Part shown: positions 26,263 to 34,819 of the stretch, piece by piece
Position numbering within the stretch: position 1 is the first letter of the stretch
How the letters are laid out: each line of letters begins with the position of its first letter
Source of the DNA: Acidobacteriota bacterium
Lineage (GTDB): Bacteria; Acidobacteriota; Aminicenantia; UBA2199
Direction: 5' to 3'
Length of the DNA: 57,951 nucleotides
Assembly: GCA_022711715.1 (NCBI GenBank)
Contig: JAKLEC010000004.1
Coordinates: 1-57,951 of the forward strand
Program-made: the position numbers and the translations under genes
The notes under the pieces: generated by a model
Databases searched by the model: none
What the model saw: the letters and a program-made list of their open reading frames with translations, nothing else
Told to the model about the DNA's origin: nothing

Positions 26263-27600
26263 TTAGAACTTTCTGCTGGCTCCGCCGCCGCCGGAGCGGC
26301 CGCCGCCGAACGAGCCCGAGGGACGCGAAGAGCCGGCCGAGGATGAACTTGGCGTGGAGAGGCGCGGCGTCGAGGACTCCCGGGTCTTGGCGTAGTTGCA
26401 CTTGGGGTTGAGGCAGGTCTCGGTGGTCCGCGTCCTTCCGCCTTGCTCCCTCGTGGCCGCCAGCAGGGTGGTCGTGCTCGATTTCAGGGTGCGGCGCCCG
26501 CATTGCGGGCACTTCGACGCCTTGCCCAGCTTCACGGCCAGCTTCTCGTCGGCGCCGCACTTCGGGCAGCGCCAGAACTCGTAGTCCATGCCGCCCGCCT
26601 TCTCCTCGGCCGCCTCCTCGGTGCTCAGCATCACGTCGTCCTCGCTGTCGGCGGCCATGTCCATGGCGGCGCCGCACTTGACGCAGGGGAGATGGTAGGA
26701 GTCGAGGCGCTTTTTCAGCACCCGGCCGGTGAAAAGGCGGCCGAATGTGGCCAGCCCCGGCGCGGCCAGCATGGCCACGAACGGCGTGAGGAAGTCCTTG
26801 CCGAAGCCGAGGACCAGGAAGAAAGAGATCACGCCGCCGATCCAGGCCAGGATGACGCTGGCGGGCGTGCCGCCGGCGATCCTGGCGCGGGCGGCCCGGC
26901 CGCGCGCCTTGTTGAAACGCGCCATGGTGAGGCCGATGGCCAGCAGGGCGAAGGCCAGGATGCCGCCCCCGAAGTACAGGGAGGAGCGCAGCGGGTCCCA
27001 CTTCCCCTTCTTCTTCGGCTGGGGGAGGTTTTTGGGCTTGGGCGGCACCGCCTCGGCCGGCCAGGCCGTCGGCTCGGTGATCGTCAGGGGAACGTCGCCG
27101 GCGGCCTGTATGGCGACGTTGCGGGCGGCCAGGAACAACCCGCGGCCGAAGCGGCCGTCGCGGAGCTGGGCCAGCGCCTCGCGCTCGAGCAGGCGCGAGG
27201 CCAGGGCGTCGGGGATGTCCCCTTCCAACCCGTAGCCCACCTCGAGGCGCACCAGGCGTTCGTCGCGCGAGCAGAGCAGGAGCAGTCCGTTGTCCTTGCC
27301 CTTCACGCCGATGCCGAAGCGGCGGAACACCTTCTCGGCGAACTCCTCGATGACCAGGCCGCCCAGGTCGCCGACCGTGACCACGGCCAGCTCGGCCGTC
27401 GTCTTCGCCTGCAGCTCGCGGCAGACGCCGTCGATCAGCGCCCGGTATTCCGGGGACAGGACGCCGCCGCCGTCGGAGACGAAGGAGTTGTCGGCGCGTC
27501 GCGGGTTGACGACCTCGTCGGGCGATTCGGCCGCCAGCGGCAACAGCAGGGCGGCGATGGCGAGAAAGGGCAGCAGGGAGCGGGTCCGGTACATGCGCAT
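26263..27600 (-). CDS. TPM-domain (YgcG-like) membrane protein with a C-terminal multi-zinc-ribbon region and a Gly-rich tail
   Basis: Signal MRMYRTRSLLPFLAIAALLLPLAA. TPM motifs AELAVVTV..KDNGLLLLCSRDERLVRLEVGYGLEG. TM segments. Four CxxC pairs (CVKCG, CPKCG, CPQCG, CLNPKC). Tail GSFGGGRSGGGGASRKF. The ATG at 27600 is preceded by ggagga. Confidence 0.75.
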   Translation of the reverse strand: MRMYRTRSLLPFLAIAALLLPLAAESPDEVVNPRRADNSFVSDGGGVLSPEYRALIDGVCRELQAKTTAELAVVTVGDLGGLVIEEFAEKVFRRFGIGVKGKDNGLLLLCSRDERLVRLEVGYGLEGDIPDALASRLLEREALAQLRDGRFGRGLFLAARNVAIQAAGDVPLTITEPTAWPAEAVPPKPKNLPQPKKKGKWDPLRSSLYFGGGILAFALLAIGLTMARFNKARGRAARARIAGGTPASVILAWIGGVISFFLVLGFGKDFLTPFVAMLAAPGLATFGRLFTGRVLKKRLDSYHLPCVKCGAAMDMAADSEDDVMLSTEEAAEEKAGGMDYEFWRCPKCGADEKLAVKLGKASKCPQCGRRTLKSSTTTLLAATREQGGRTRTTETCLNPKCNYAKTRESSTPRLSTPSSSSAGSSRPSGSFGGGRSGGGGASRKF

Positions 27601-27673
27601 GCGGTTCCTCCAGAAGAGAGATTGTAAGCGATTGGCGCGGGAAATACAAAAAACGGGGGGGAAAGGAATTTTG

Positions 27674-27702
27674 TTGACAGGCGAATTAAAGTGTATTATA
27701 TA
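27674..27702 (+). promoter_or_regulatory. Sigma70-like promoter TTGACA-17-TATATA for the GntR/ABC operon, overlapping a candidate GntR operator (tgtattatatatgtggtaca)
   Basis: Consensus -35 with exact 17-nt spacing and an AT-rich -10. The TGTA-N12-TACA dyad spans the -10. Confidence 0.55.
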
Positions 27703-27734
27703 TGTGGTACAATGAAGGATCATGGGGAACCGAC

Positions 27735-28100
27735 ATGAACCTGACGATCGACGCCAATTCGCCGCTGCCGGTTTATCAGCAGATCATGCAGGCGATTAAG
27801 CTGGAGATACTTTCCGGAGGCCTGCGCGACGGCGACCCGCTGCCCTCGATCCGCGACCTGGCCAAGCTGCTGCGCGTCAACCCCAACACCGTAGCAAAGG
27901 CCTATTACGCTTTGGAGGCCGAGGGCTTCAGCGAAGGACGCACGGGCAGCGGCAGCCGGGTCAAGGCGCCGCCGGGGCGGCAGGACGCGCTGCGCCGGGC
28001 CATGCTGGAGGGGGAGCTGCGGGCCTTCCTGGAAAAGGCGGTAGCGCTCGGCTTTTCCGCGGCTGACGTCACGAAGATGATCGAAAAGGTGGGCCAATGA
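27735..28100 (+). CDS. GntR family transcriptional regulator, YtrA-like (short C-terminus)
   Basis: PLPVYQQIMQAIKLEILSGGLRDGDPLPSIRDLAKLLRVNPNTVAKAYYALEAEGF winged-helix motif, about 121 aa. The stop overlaps the next start (ATGA at 28097). Confidence 0.85.
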   Translation: MNLTIDANSPLPVYQQIMQAIKLEILSGGLRDGDPLPSIRDLAKLLRVNPNTVAKAYYALEAEGFSEGRTGSGSRVKAPPGRQDALRRAMLEGELRAFLEKAVALGFSAADVTKMIEKVGQ

Positions 28101-28942
28101 ACCAGTCCTTGATCGAAGTCCATGACCTGCGGCTCGGCTACACCCGCAAGCGGGTGATCGACGGGCTGAGCGTCTCCCTGCGCCGGGGCGAGTGGGCCGT
28201 GATCGCCGGCCGCAACGGCGCGGGGAAAAGCACGCTGCTGCGCGCCCTGGCCGGCGTTCTCCTGGCGGACGGCGGGAGTATCCTCCGCTCCGCCGAGGCG
28301 ACGCCGGAGAAGATCGGCTTCATTTCCGACCGCTTCAGCCTCTTCGAGGACTGGACGGTCACCCGGGCGATCGGTTTCCACTGCCGCGCCTTCGGCATCG
28401 GTTCCTTCGATGACGGCCTGCTCCGGCGCGTCGGCATCGCAGGGAAAACCCGCATCCACGACCTCTCGGCAGGCGAGCGGGCCATCGTCCATCTCTCGCT
28501 GGCGCTGGCGCAGCGGCCGTCGCTGCTGCTCGTCGACGAGGTGCTGCACGTCCTCGATCCCTTCGTCCGCGACCTTTTCGTCGGGGCGCTGATCGAGGCC
28601 ATTGCGGTCCGCCAGGCCGCGGTGGTCACCGTGAACCACGTCTTCAGCGAGATCGAGAGGCTCCCCGACCGGGTGCTGGTCATGGAGGCGGGACGCTTCG
28701 CCGTCGACGCCCCGCCCGACGAGCTGCGCGCCGGGATGAAGAAAGTGATCGGCCGCGAGCCGCTGCCACAGGCGCTGCCCTGCCTGTTCAGCCGGGCAGA
28801 CGGCGAATACAAGGAATACTTCATCCATCCATTCCAGGAAGAAATGCGCAGGGAGCACGGACTGGACTTCCAGGACGTCGCCCTGGGCGAGATCATCAAG
28901 GCATTCATCGGAGGCGGCTATGAGCGGAAAAGAATGGCGTGA
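28097..28942 (+). CDS. ABC transporter ATP-binding protein
   Basis: Walker A GRNGAGKST, signature LSAGERAIV, Walker B LLLVDE. Confidence 0.9.
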   Translation: MNQSLIEVHDLRLGYTRKRVIDGLSVSLRRGEWAVIAGRNGAGKSTLLRALAGVLLADGGSILRSAEATPEKIGFISDRFSLFEDWTVTRAIGFHCRAFGIGSFDDGLLRRVGIAGKTRIHDLSAGERAIVHLSLALAQRPSLLLVDEVLHVLDPFVRDLFVGALIEAIAVRQAAVVTVNHVFSEIERLPDRVLVMEAGRFAVDAPPDELRAGMKKVIGREPLPQALPCLFSRADGEYKEYFIHPFQEEMRREHGLDFQDVALGEIIKAFIGGGYERKRMA

Positions 28943-30818
28943 GGTCGGCCGGCAGTCGTTGTACTTCCTGCTGGCCGCGGCCGGCATGGTCCTGCTGGCG
29001 ATCGTCGGCGACCGGCTGAGCCATACGCCCATCAGCGGCGAAAGGATCGCCATCCTCCTGGGGTTGTGGCTCCTGATGTTTTCCATGTTCATGGGCCTTT
29101 CGCCCTTCGCCATGGACTCCAAGCAGAAGGGGATGGAGTATCTGCTCACCCTGCCATACTCACGTCGCCGGCTGCTGCTCATCAAGCTCCTGCCGCGCCT
29201 GGCCGCGGTCATCCTCTTCTACCTGGCATTCGCGGCGTTCTACGGCCTCGCAGGCAACGCCGCCTTCGGCGGGGGATTCACCGTTTTCAGCCTGACATGT
29301 TTTGCATTGTTCTTAATCTCCTTTTCCCTTGCGGTCGTCCACGAGAATTTCATCATCCAGTCGCTCTGGGCCGGCGTCGCCCTGTGCGGCTACCTGGCTC
29401 TTTGCCTGTGGGTGTGCGTCCTGGGCTTTGCCTGGAAGTTCGACATGCCGGCTTCCTGGATCGAGCCCCGCATCTGGGCCGGGCTTTCCTATGACACGCC
29501 CACGCTGCTCGTGTCGATTGCCGTTTTCATGCTGCTGGCCACACCTTTCATCGTCTCCTTCTTCCTTGCCTTCAAAAAGTTCGATCTAAAGCCGGCCCGG
29601 ACCTTCAACCGCCGGCAGTTCCGGCTGTTCCTGCCGCAGCTGCTAGTGGCTTGCGCGGTTGCCATGGGAGTCACTTATCTCGTGCAAAGCCATTCCCCCG
29701 GCTGGGAGCCAAGGCATTTTCTTCTCAGCGGCCAGCGCTTGCTCAAGGCCGATTTCCCCGGCAAGCTGACCTTGTTCGCCGAGGACGGTCGGCGAGCCGT
29801 TGACACGAAAAGTAAAGTATCCTGGGCTCGACTGCTGCTCGAGCAAGAACGGCGATTGTTTATGAGCGGCTTTGATCGGCATGACGGTTCGCGGATCATC
29901 GGCTACCTGGACAAAACCGATCTTTCTTGGAAAGTGCTTCACCGCATTCCCCGAACGTATGCCGTCGCGAACGGTGATCTGGGGATCCGCTTTGACGGAG
30001 CGAACTTCGTCTATTTGTACAGCCGACCGACCGAGCAGGGGGGGCTTGCTGAAGGAGTCCGTCCCTCTGGCGCATTCAGCGCGATGCATCTGGTATGGGT
30101 GGACCCGGCCAGTGGCCAGAGCAAGACGCTCGGGTTTCAGACCCCTTCCGGCGGCAGAAACAATGAGCCCTGGCTCATGGGCAGTGATGAATGCAATGGC
30201 CGGCGCTACTGGCTTGTCGCCCTCCGCGGACCCAGTGTCCTTCGCTTGTGGGCGGACGGCCGCTGCGAGGAGCTGGGCCTGTCCGAGAGGATTCCGGTCT
30301 ATGCCGGAGGGCTTCTGTTCACCTTCAGGAGAGGCTCCCTGGTCGTGATTCGGCTCCTGGAATCCGGGATCGAGATCGTCAAGGAGATTCCCGGGAATTT
30401 CGGCATGGGAAATCCGTATTTCTTTTCCTTGGGAGACGGCCAGGCGAGCGAGGTTTATGCCGAACGGGATGAACGGATCGTGCGCATCGACCTGGCTACC
30501 ATGAGCATCGATGATGTCGGCCCCGCACGCGGTTTCCTCCACAGGGTGCCGCCTGGCGATTTCTATTTTGTCGAGTTCGAGAACTGGCCCCCCCAAAGCA
30601 ACGACAAGTGGAATAAGCTGTACCGCCTGAAGGGGGGCCGGATGATCCTTTTAAAGCAGTTCGATTTCAATGAAGCCGGGCATGGATACCTTATCGTGAA
30701 TGCCAACGGCGTCGAGATGATCCAGTCGCCGGTGAAGGACGGCAAGGTGGCAAAAGCGACCCAGAGGTTCTTCGCCTTTCCCGACCTGCGCGAGCTGCGA
30801 TTCAAGGGATTGGATTGA
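28920..30818 (+). CDS. Membrane protein: ABC-2-like permease N-half (about 6-7 TM) fused to a ~380-aa C-terminal domain of unknown function
   Basis: 632-aa ORF overlapping the ATPase gene by 23 nt. Contains the MEYLLTLPYSRRRLLLIKLL motif typical of ABC-2 permeases. The C-terminal half has no motif I recognise. Confidence 0.6.
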   Translation: MSGKEWREVGRQSLYFLLAAAGMVLLAIVGDRLSHTPISGERIAILLGLWLLMFSMFMGLSPFAMDSKQKGMEYLLTLPYSRRRLLLIKLLPRLAAVILFYLAFAAFYGLAGNAAFGGGFTVFSLTCFALFLISFSLAVVHENFIIQSLWAGVALCGYLALCLWVCVLGFAWKFDMPASWIEPRIWAGLSYDTPTLLVSIAVFMLLATPFIVSFFLAFKKFDLKPARTFNRRQFRLFLPQLLVACAVAMGVTYLVQSHSPGWEPRHFLLSGQRLLKADFPGKLTLFAEDGRRAVDTKSKVSWARLLLEQERRLFMSGFDRHDGSRIIGYLDKTDLSWKVLHRIPRTYAVANGDLGIRFDGANFVYLYSRPTEQGGLAEGVRPSGAFSAMHLVWVDPASGQSKTLGFQTPSGGRNNEPWLMGSDECNGRRYWLVALRGPSVLRLWADGRCEELGLSERIPVYAGGLLFTFRRGSLVVIRLLESGIEIVKEIPGNFGMGNPYFFSLGDGQASEVYAERDERIVRIDLATMSIDDVGPARGFLHRVPPGDFYFVEFENWPPQSNDKWNKLYRLKGGRMILLKQFDFNEAGHGYLIVNANGVEMIQSPVKDGKVAKATQRFFAFPDLRELRFKGLD

Positions 30819-30860
30819 TCGCCCGGGCCTGATGGCAGAATTCCGTTCCAACCGCCACGC

Positions 30861-30889
30861 TTGCAAAAGGGTCCATCCGCTCCTATAAT
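30861..30889 (+). promoter_or_regulatory. Sigma70-like promoter TTGCAA-17-TATAAT for the M2 peptidase operon
   Basis: Exact 17-nt spacing and a consensus -10. RBS aggagga at 30908..30914, ATG at 30919. Confidence 0.6.
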
Positions 30890-30918
30890 ATTTTTTTTCG
30901 GAAAATTCAGGAGGATCC

Positions 30919-32625
30919 ATGAGATTTCAGATCAAGCTGATTTTATCCCTCATAGGAGTGACGTTACTGGCCCTTGCCGCCTGGGCCGCCGCCGGCAAAT
31001 CCGCTTCCGGCGATGAAGCCGCATTTCGCAAGTTTTTAAAGATGTACGAGGCCCGGGTCATGCCGCTGAGCCGCGAAGCCGCCCTGGCCAGCTTCCAGGC
31101 CTCGATCAGCGGCAAGGACGGGGATTACCAGAAATCGTCTGCCCTGCAAATCCAGTTGAACAAGGCCAGCGCCGACCCGCAGGAGTTCGCCAGCCTGAAG
31201 CGTTTCCGGAAAAACGGGCAGGTGCAAGAGCCGCTGCTGAAGCGCCAGCTGGACATCATTTACGACAGCTACCTGGAGAACCAGATCCCGGGCGCGCAGA
31301 TGGAGGAGATGGTCAAGCTCCAGGCGCAGATCGAGCAGAAGTTCAACACCTTCCGCATCCGCATGGATGACAAAGTGTTTAGCGACAACGACGCCGAGGA
31401 GATCCTGCGCACGTCGACCGACTCCGGCCAGCTGGAAAAAGTATGGAAGTCCAGCAAGGAGATCGGCCGCGTGGTCGCCCCCGACATCCTGAAGCTGGTG
31501 AACCTGCGCAACGCCGCCGCCCGGCAGCTGGGCTTTGCCAATTTCCAGCAGATACAGCTGAAACTGGGCGAGCAGGACCCGGAGCAGATCGAAGCCCTTT
31601 TCGATGAATTGGACGAGTTGACGCGCGGCGGTTTCGCCGGGCTGAAAAACGACATCGATGCCTTCCTGGCTACGCGCTGCGGCATTGCCAGGGAGCAACT
31701 CCAGCCCTGGCACTACCAGAACCGCTTCTTCCAGGAGGCGCCGGTCATCTACCCGGTGGATCTCGACTCCTATTACAAGGACAAGGACCTGGTCGCCCTG
31801 GCCAAAGCGTACTTCGCCGGCATGGGCCTGAACATCGACGACGTCGTCGGCCGCAGCGACCTGTTCGAAAAGCCGGGCAAGTACCAGCACGCTTTCTCCA
31901 GCGACATCGACCGCGCCGGCGACGTGCGCGTCCTGTGCAGCGTCAAGCCCGACGCCTACTGGATGAACACCCTGCTGCACGAGTTCGGCCACTCGGTCTA
32001 CGCCAAGTTCAACGACCGCTCGCTGCCCTGGACGCTGCGCGACGCCGCCCACGCCTTCACCACCGAGGCGATCGCCAACCTGTTCGGACGCTTCGCCGCG
32101 TCGCCGTTCTGGCTGCGTGCCATGGCGGGTGTCAGCGCCGCCGAAAGCGAGCGCATCGCCGAGCCGCTGCGCAAGTCCCTGCGCCTGCAGCAGATGGTCT
32201 TCAGCCGCTGGGCCCAGGTGATGTTCCGCTTCGAAAAGAGCATGTACGAGGATCCCGGCCAGGACCTGAACCGCCGCTGGTGGGAACTCGTCGAAAAATA
32301 CCAGCTGCTGAAGATGCCCGCCGGCCGCAACGAGCCCGACTGGGCGGCCAAGATCCACATTGCCCTCTATCCCTGCTACTACCATAATTACCTGATGGGC
32401 GAGCTCCTCGCTTCCCAGCTCTTTTATCAGATCGCGGATAGGGTCCTGAAAAGTCCCGATGCGGAAGGCGAATGCTTCGTCAACCGCCCCGAAGCGGGAC
32501 GCTACCTGATCGATAAGGTGTTCCGGCCGGGCATGCGCTGGCCCTGGGCGGAGATGATCGAGCGCGCCTGCGGCGAGAAGCTCACCGCCGCCCACTACGC
32601 CCGGCAGTTCGTCGGCGGCAAGTAG
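30919..32625 (+). CDS. Secreted zinc metallopeptidase, M2 (angiotensin-converting-enzyme-like peptidyl-dipeptidase) family
   Basis: Signal peptide. HEFGH plus a downstream ..AHAFTTEAIANLFG aligns with the M2 pattern HExxH-(23-24)-EAxxD. An M3 family assignment is not excluded. Confidence 0.65.
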   Translation: MRFQIKLILSLIGVTLLALAAWAAAGKSASGDEAAFRKFLKMYEARVMPLSREAALASFQASISGKDGDYQKSSALQIQLNKASADPQEFASLKRFRKNGQVQEPLLKRQLDIIYDSYLENQIPGAQMEEMVKLQAQIEQKFNTFRIRMDDKVFSDNDAEEILRTSTDSGQLEKVWKSSKEIGRVVAPDILKLVNLRNAAARQLGFANFQQIQLKLGEQDPEQIEALFDELDELTRGGFAGLKNDIDAFLATRCGIAREQLQPWHYQNRFFQEAPVIYPVDLDSYYKDKDLVALAKAYFAGMGLNIDDVVGRSDLFEKPGKYQHAFSSDIDRAGDVRVLCSVKPDAYWMNTLLHEFGHSVYAKFNDRSLPWTLRDAAHAFTTEAIANLFGRFAASPFWLRAMAGVSAAESERIAEPLRKSLRLQQMVFSRWAQVMFRFEKSMYEDPGQDLNRRWWELVEKYQLLKMPAGRNEPDWAAKIHIALYPCYYHNYLMGELLASQLFYQIADRVLKSPDAEGECFVNRPEAGRYLIDKVFRPGMRWPWAEMIERACGEKLTAAHYARQFVGGK

Positions 32626-32629
32626 GGCC

Positions 32630-33973
32630 ATGGCCGCCGCGAGCGGGCGCCAGGCGGGCGGCGGGGCGGGAAGCTGGCTCGCCCGCTACCGGCGCCAAGG
32701 ACGCGAGGCGCTGGAGCTGGCCTTGACCGACGTCCCGGGCTACGCCGAATGGCGGCGCTTCGACCCCGGCCCGCGCGCCCCGCTCGACGAGCGTTATGCC
32801 GCGCTGCCGGCCCTGACCAAGCACGAGCTGCGCGCCCATTTCCCGGCCGGTTTCGTGCCCCGCCAGCGCGAGCTCGGCCCGGGCCTGGCCGCCGGCGAGG
32901 TGGAGTTCGCCCAGACCAGCGGCAGCACCGGCGATCGCGTGACGCTGGTCTTCAATCCCGCCTGGTGGGAGGAGTCGGAGCGCGCCGCCTGGGGGCTCAA
33001 CCGCCATGCCCGCCGCGTTGCCGACGGCCGCCACCGCGAGGCGGTGCTGGCCTCGCCGCGCTGCGTCGGCCCCGGCTACAGCCCCCGGCCGCTGAGCGTC
33101 GCCGAGCGCACCATCGGCCGCCACCTCTACGTCAACCAGAAGCTCAATCCCGCCGCCTGGACCGCCGCTGACGTGCGGCGCATGGCCCAGGAGATCAACG
33201 ACTACGAGCCGGTGGCCATCGAGGGCGATCCGGCCTATCTGGCGGCCTTCTGCCGCCAGGCAGGGGCATGGGGGACGAGGATGTGGCAGCCGCGCATCAT
33301 TTTCCTTACCTACACCTTTCCCTCGCGCCTGTACCGGCGCCAGATCGCCGCAGTGTTCCGGGCGCCGCAGGTCAGCTCCTACGGCTCGACCGAAACCGGG
33401 CACGTGTTCATGGAGTGCGAGGCGGGGCGGCTGCACCAGAACGTCGAGCACTGCCGGGTCGACTTCCTGCCCTGGCTTTTCCGCCACGGCGGCCCGCAGC
33501 GGGGCCGCATCCTGGTCACCGTGTTCCACAACCCCTGGTTCGCGGTGCTGCGCTTCGATATCGGCGACGTGGTGCGCCTCGACGACCGCGGCCCCTGCCC
33601 CTGCGGCCGCGGCCAGGGTATGGCGCTGCGCGCCGTCGAGGGGCGGGTCAGCGACGTGACCTTCGACCGCGAGGGCAACGCCGTCAGCGTCGACGACCTC
33701 GACGCCCTGCTGGCCGACCTGCCGGGGCTGGCGGGGTGGCAGCTGGAGCTGCCGCGGCCCGGCCAGATGCGCCTGCGCATGCTCGCCGCGCCGGGGGGGC
33801 GGCGGCCGGGCAGCGCCCAGGCTCGCGAACGGCTGCGCCGGCTCTACGGTGACCGCGTCCGCGTCGAGGCGGCGGTAGAGAAGGCGCTGCTGCACGAGCT
33901 TTCGGGAAAGATCCGCTTCGTGCGCACGGCCTACCCCGTTGACCACGCGGCCCTGTGGCGGAGCAAGCGGTGA
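32630..33973 (+). CDS. Adenylate-forming ligase of the phenylacetate-CoA ligase / coenzyme F390 synthetase (CapK-like) family
   Basis: AMP-binding loop FAQTSGSTGDRV, with a length (447 aa) and C-terminal lobe typical of the PaaK/F390 family. Confidence 0.65.
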   Translation: MAAASGRQAGGGAGSWLARYRRQGREALELALTDVPGYAEWRRFDPGPRAPLDERYAALPALTKHELRAHFPAGFVPRQRELGPGLAAGEVEFAQTSGSTGDRVTLVFNPAWWEESERAAWGLNRHARRVADGRHREAVLASPRCVGPGYSPRPLSVAERTIGRHLYVNQKLNPAAWTAADVRRMAQEINDYEPVAIEGDPAYLAAFCRQAGAWGTRMWQPRIIFLTYTFPSRLYRRQIAAVFRAPQVSSYGSTETGHVFMECEAGRLHQNVEHCRVDFLPWLFRHGGPQRGRILVTVFHNPWFAVLRFDIGDVVRLDDRGPCPCGRGQGMALRAVEGRVSDVTFDREGNAVSVDDLDALLADLPGLAGWQLELPRPGQMRLRMLAAPGGRRPGSAQARERLRRLYGDRVRVEAAVEKALLHELSGKIRFVRTAYPVDHAALWRSKR

Positions 33974-34650
33974 AAGCGGCCGGGCTCGTCCTGCTCGCAG
34001 GCGACCCCGGCCGCCGCGGCGTCCGGCGCGACCCGCTGCTGGAGGAGGCTCTGGCACGCTTCGGCCGGGCGCGTCCCGGCGTGGCCTACGTGGGCGCCGC
34101 CAGCCAGGACAACCGCCTCTTTTTCTTGTGGATCTCCTCCCTGCTGAAGAAGGCGGGGGCGGGCGCCGTGCGCCTGGCGCCGCTGGCCGGGCGGCGGGGT
34201 GATCCGCAGCAAGCCCTGGCGATTCTGGAAGACGCCGACGTCGTATTCGTCAGCGGCGGCGATGTCGGGCTCGGCATGGGCATCCTGGGCGCGACGGGCC
34301 TCGACGGGCCCCTGCGCCGGCTCGGCAGCTCCGGCAAGCCGTTCATCGGCCTGTCGGCCGGCAGCATCATGCTGGCCCGCAGCTGGGTGGCCTGGGCCGA
34401 CGAGAGCAACGACGCCAGCGCCGCGCCGTTCCCCTGCCTGGGGCTGGCGCCGCTGTTGTGCGATACCCACGGCGAGGGCGAGGGCTGGCAGGAGCTGCGC
34501 ATGCTGCTGCGCCTGACCGGCGAGCCGTCCGGCTTCGGCATCCCCGCCGGCGCCGCCCTGGCCGTCGGCCGCGACGGCTCACTGGCAGCGCTCGGCAAGC
34601 CCGTGCGGCGGCTGACCGCGACCGGGAGCTTGGACAACCTGGAGCCTTGA
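33955..34650 (+). CDS. Peptidase S51 (dipeptidase E / cyanophycinase-like) family protein
   Basis: ADVVFVSGGDV and nucleophile motif GLSAGSIML, then CDTHGEGEGW. An alternative GTG start at 33970 forms a GTGA overlap with the upstream stop. Confidence 0.65.
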   Translation: MAEQAVKAAGLVLLAGDPGRRGVRRDPLLEEALARFGRARPGVAYVGAASQDNRLFFLWISSLLKKAGAGAVRLAPLAGRRGDPQQALAILEDADVVFVSGGDVGLGMGILGATGLDGPLRRLGSSGKPFIGLSAGSIMLARSWVAWADESNDASAAPFPCLGLAPLLCDTHGEGEGWQELRMLLRLTGEPSGFGIPAGAALAVGRDGSLAALGKPVRRLTATGSLDNLEP

Positions 34651-34658
34651 GCCGGTCC

Positions 34659-34742
34659 TTCGTGATTCGTAATTCGTAAAAACAATAGCCGAGCCATTGC
34701 TGTTTTCTTCCGAATTACGAATTACGTCTCACGAATTGCGAA
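34659..34742. repeat. Inverted pair of the ACGAATY heptamer module, forming a hairpin 3' of the S51 gene
   Basis: ttcgtgattcgtaattcgtaa, about 30 nt including the attgctgtt linker signature, then ccgaattacgaattacgtctcacgaattgcgaa. Confidence 0.8.
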
Positions 34743-34819
34743 GCACTGCCATCTCCTGCAACCATTTCCATCTCCCGTGCATCTTAGTCGGTGAAACGCG
34801 AATTACGAGGAGGTTTCGC

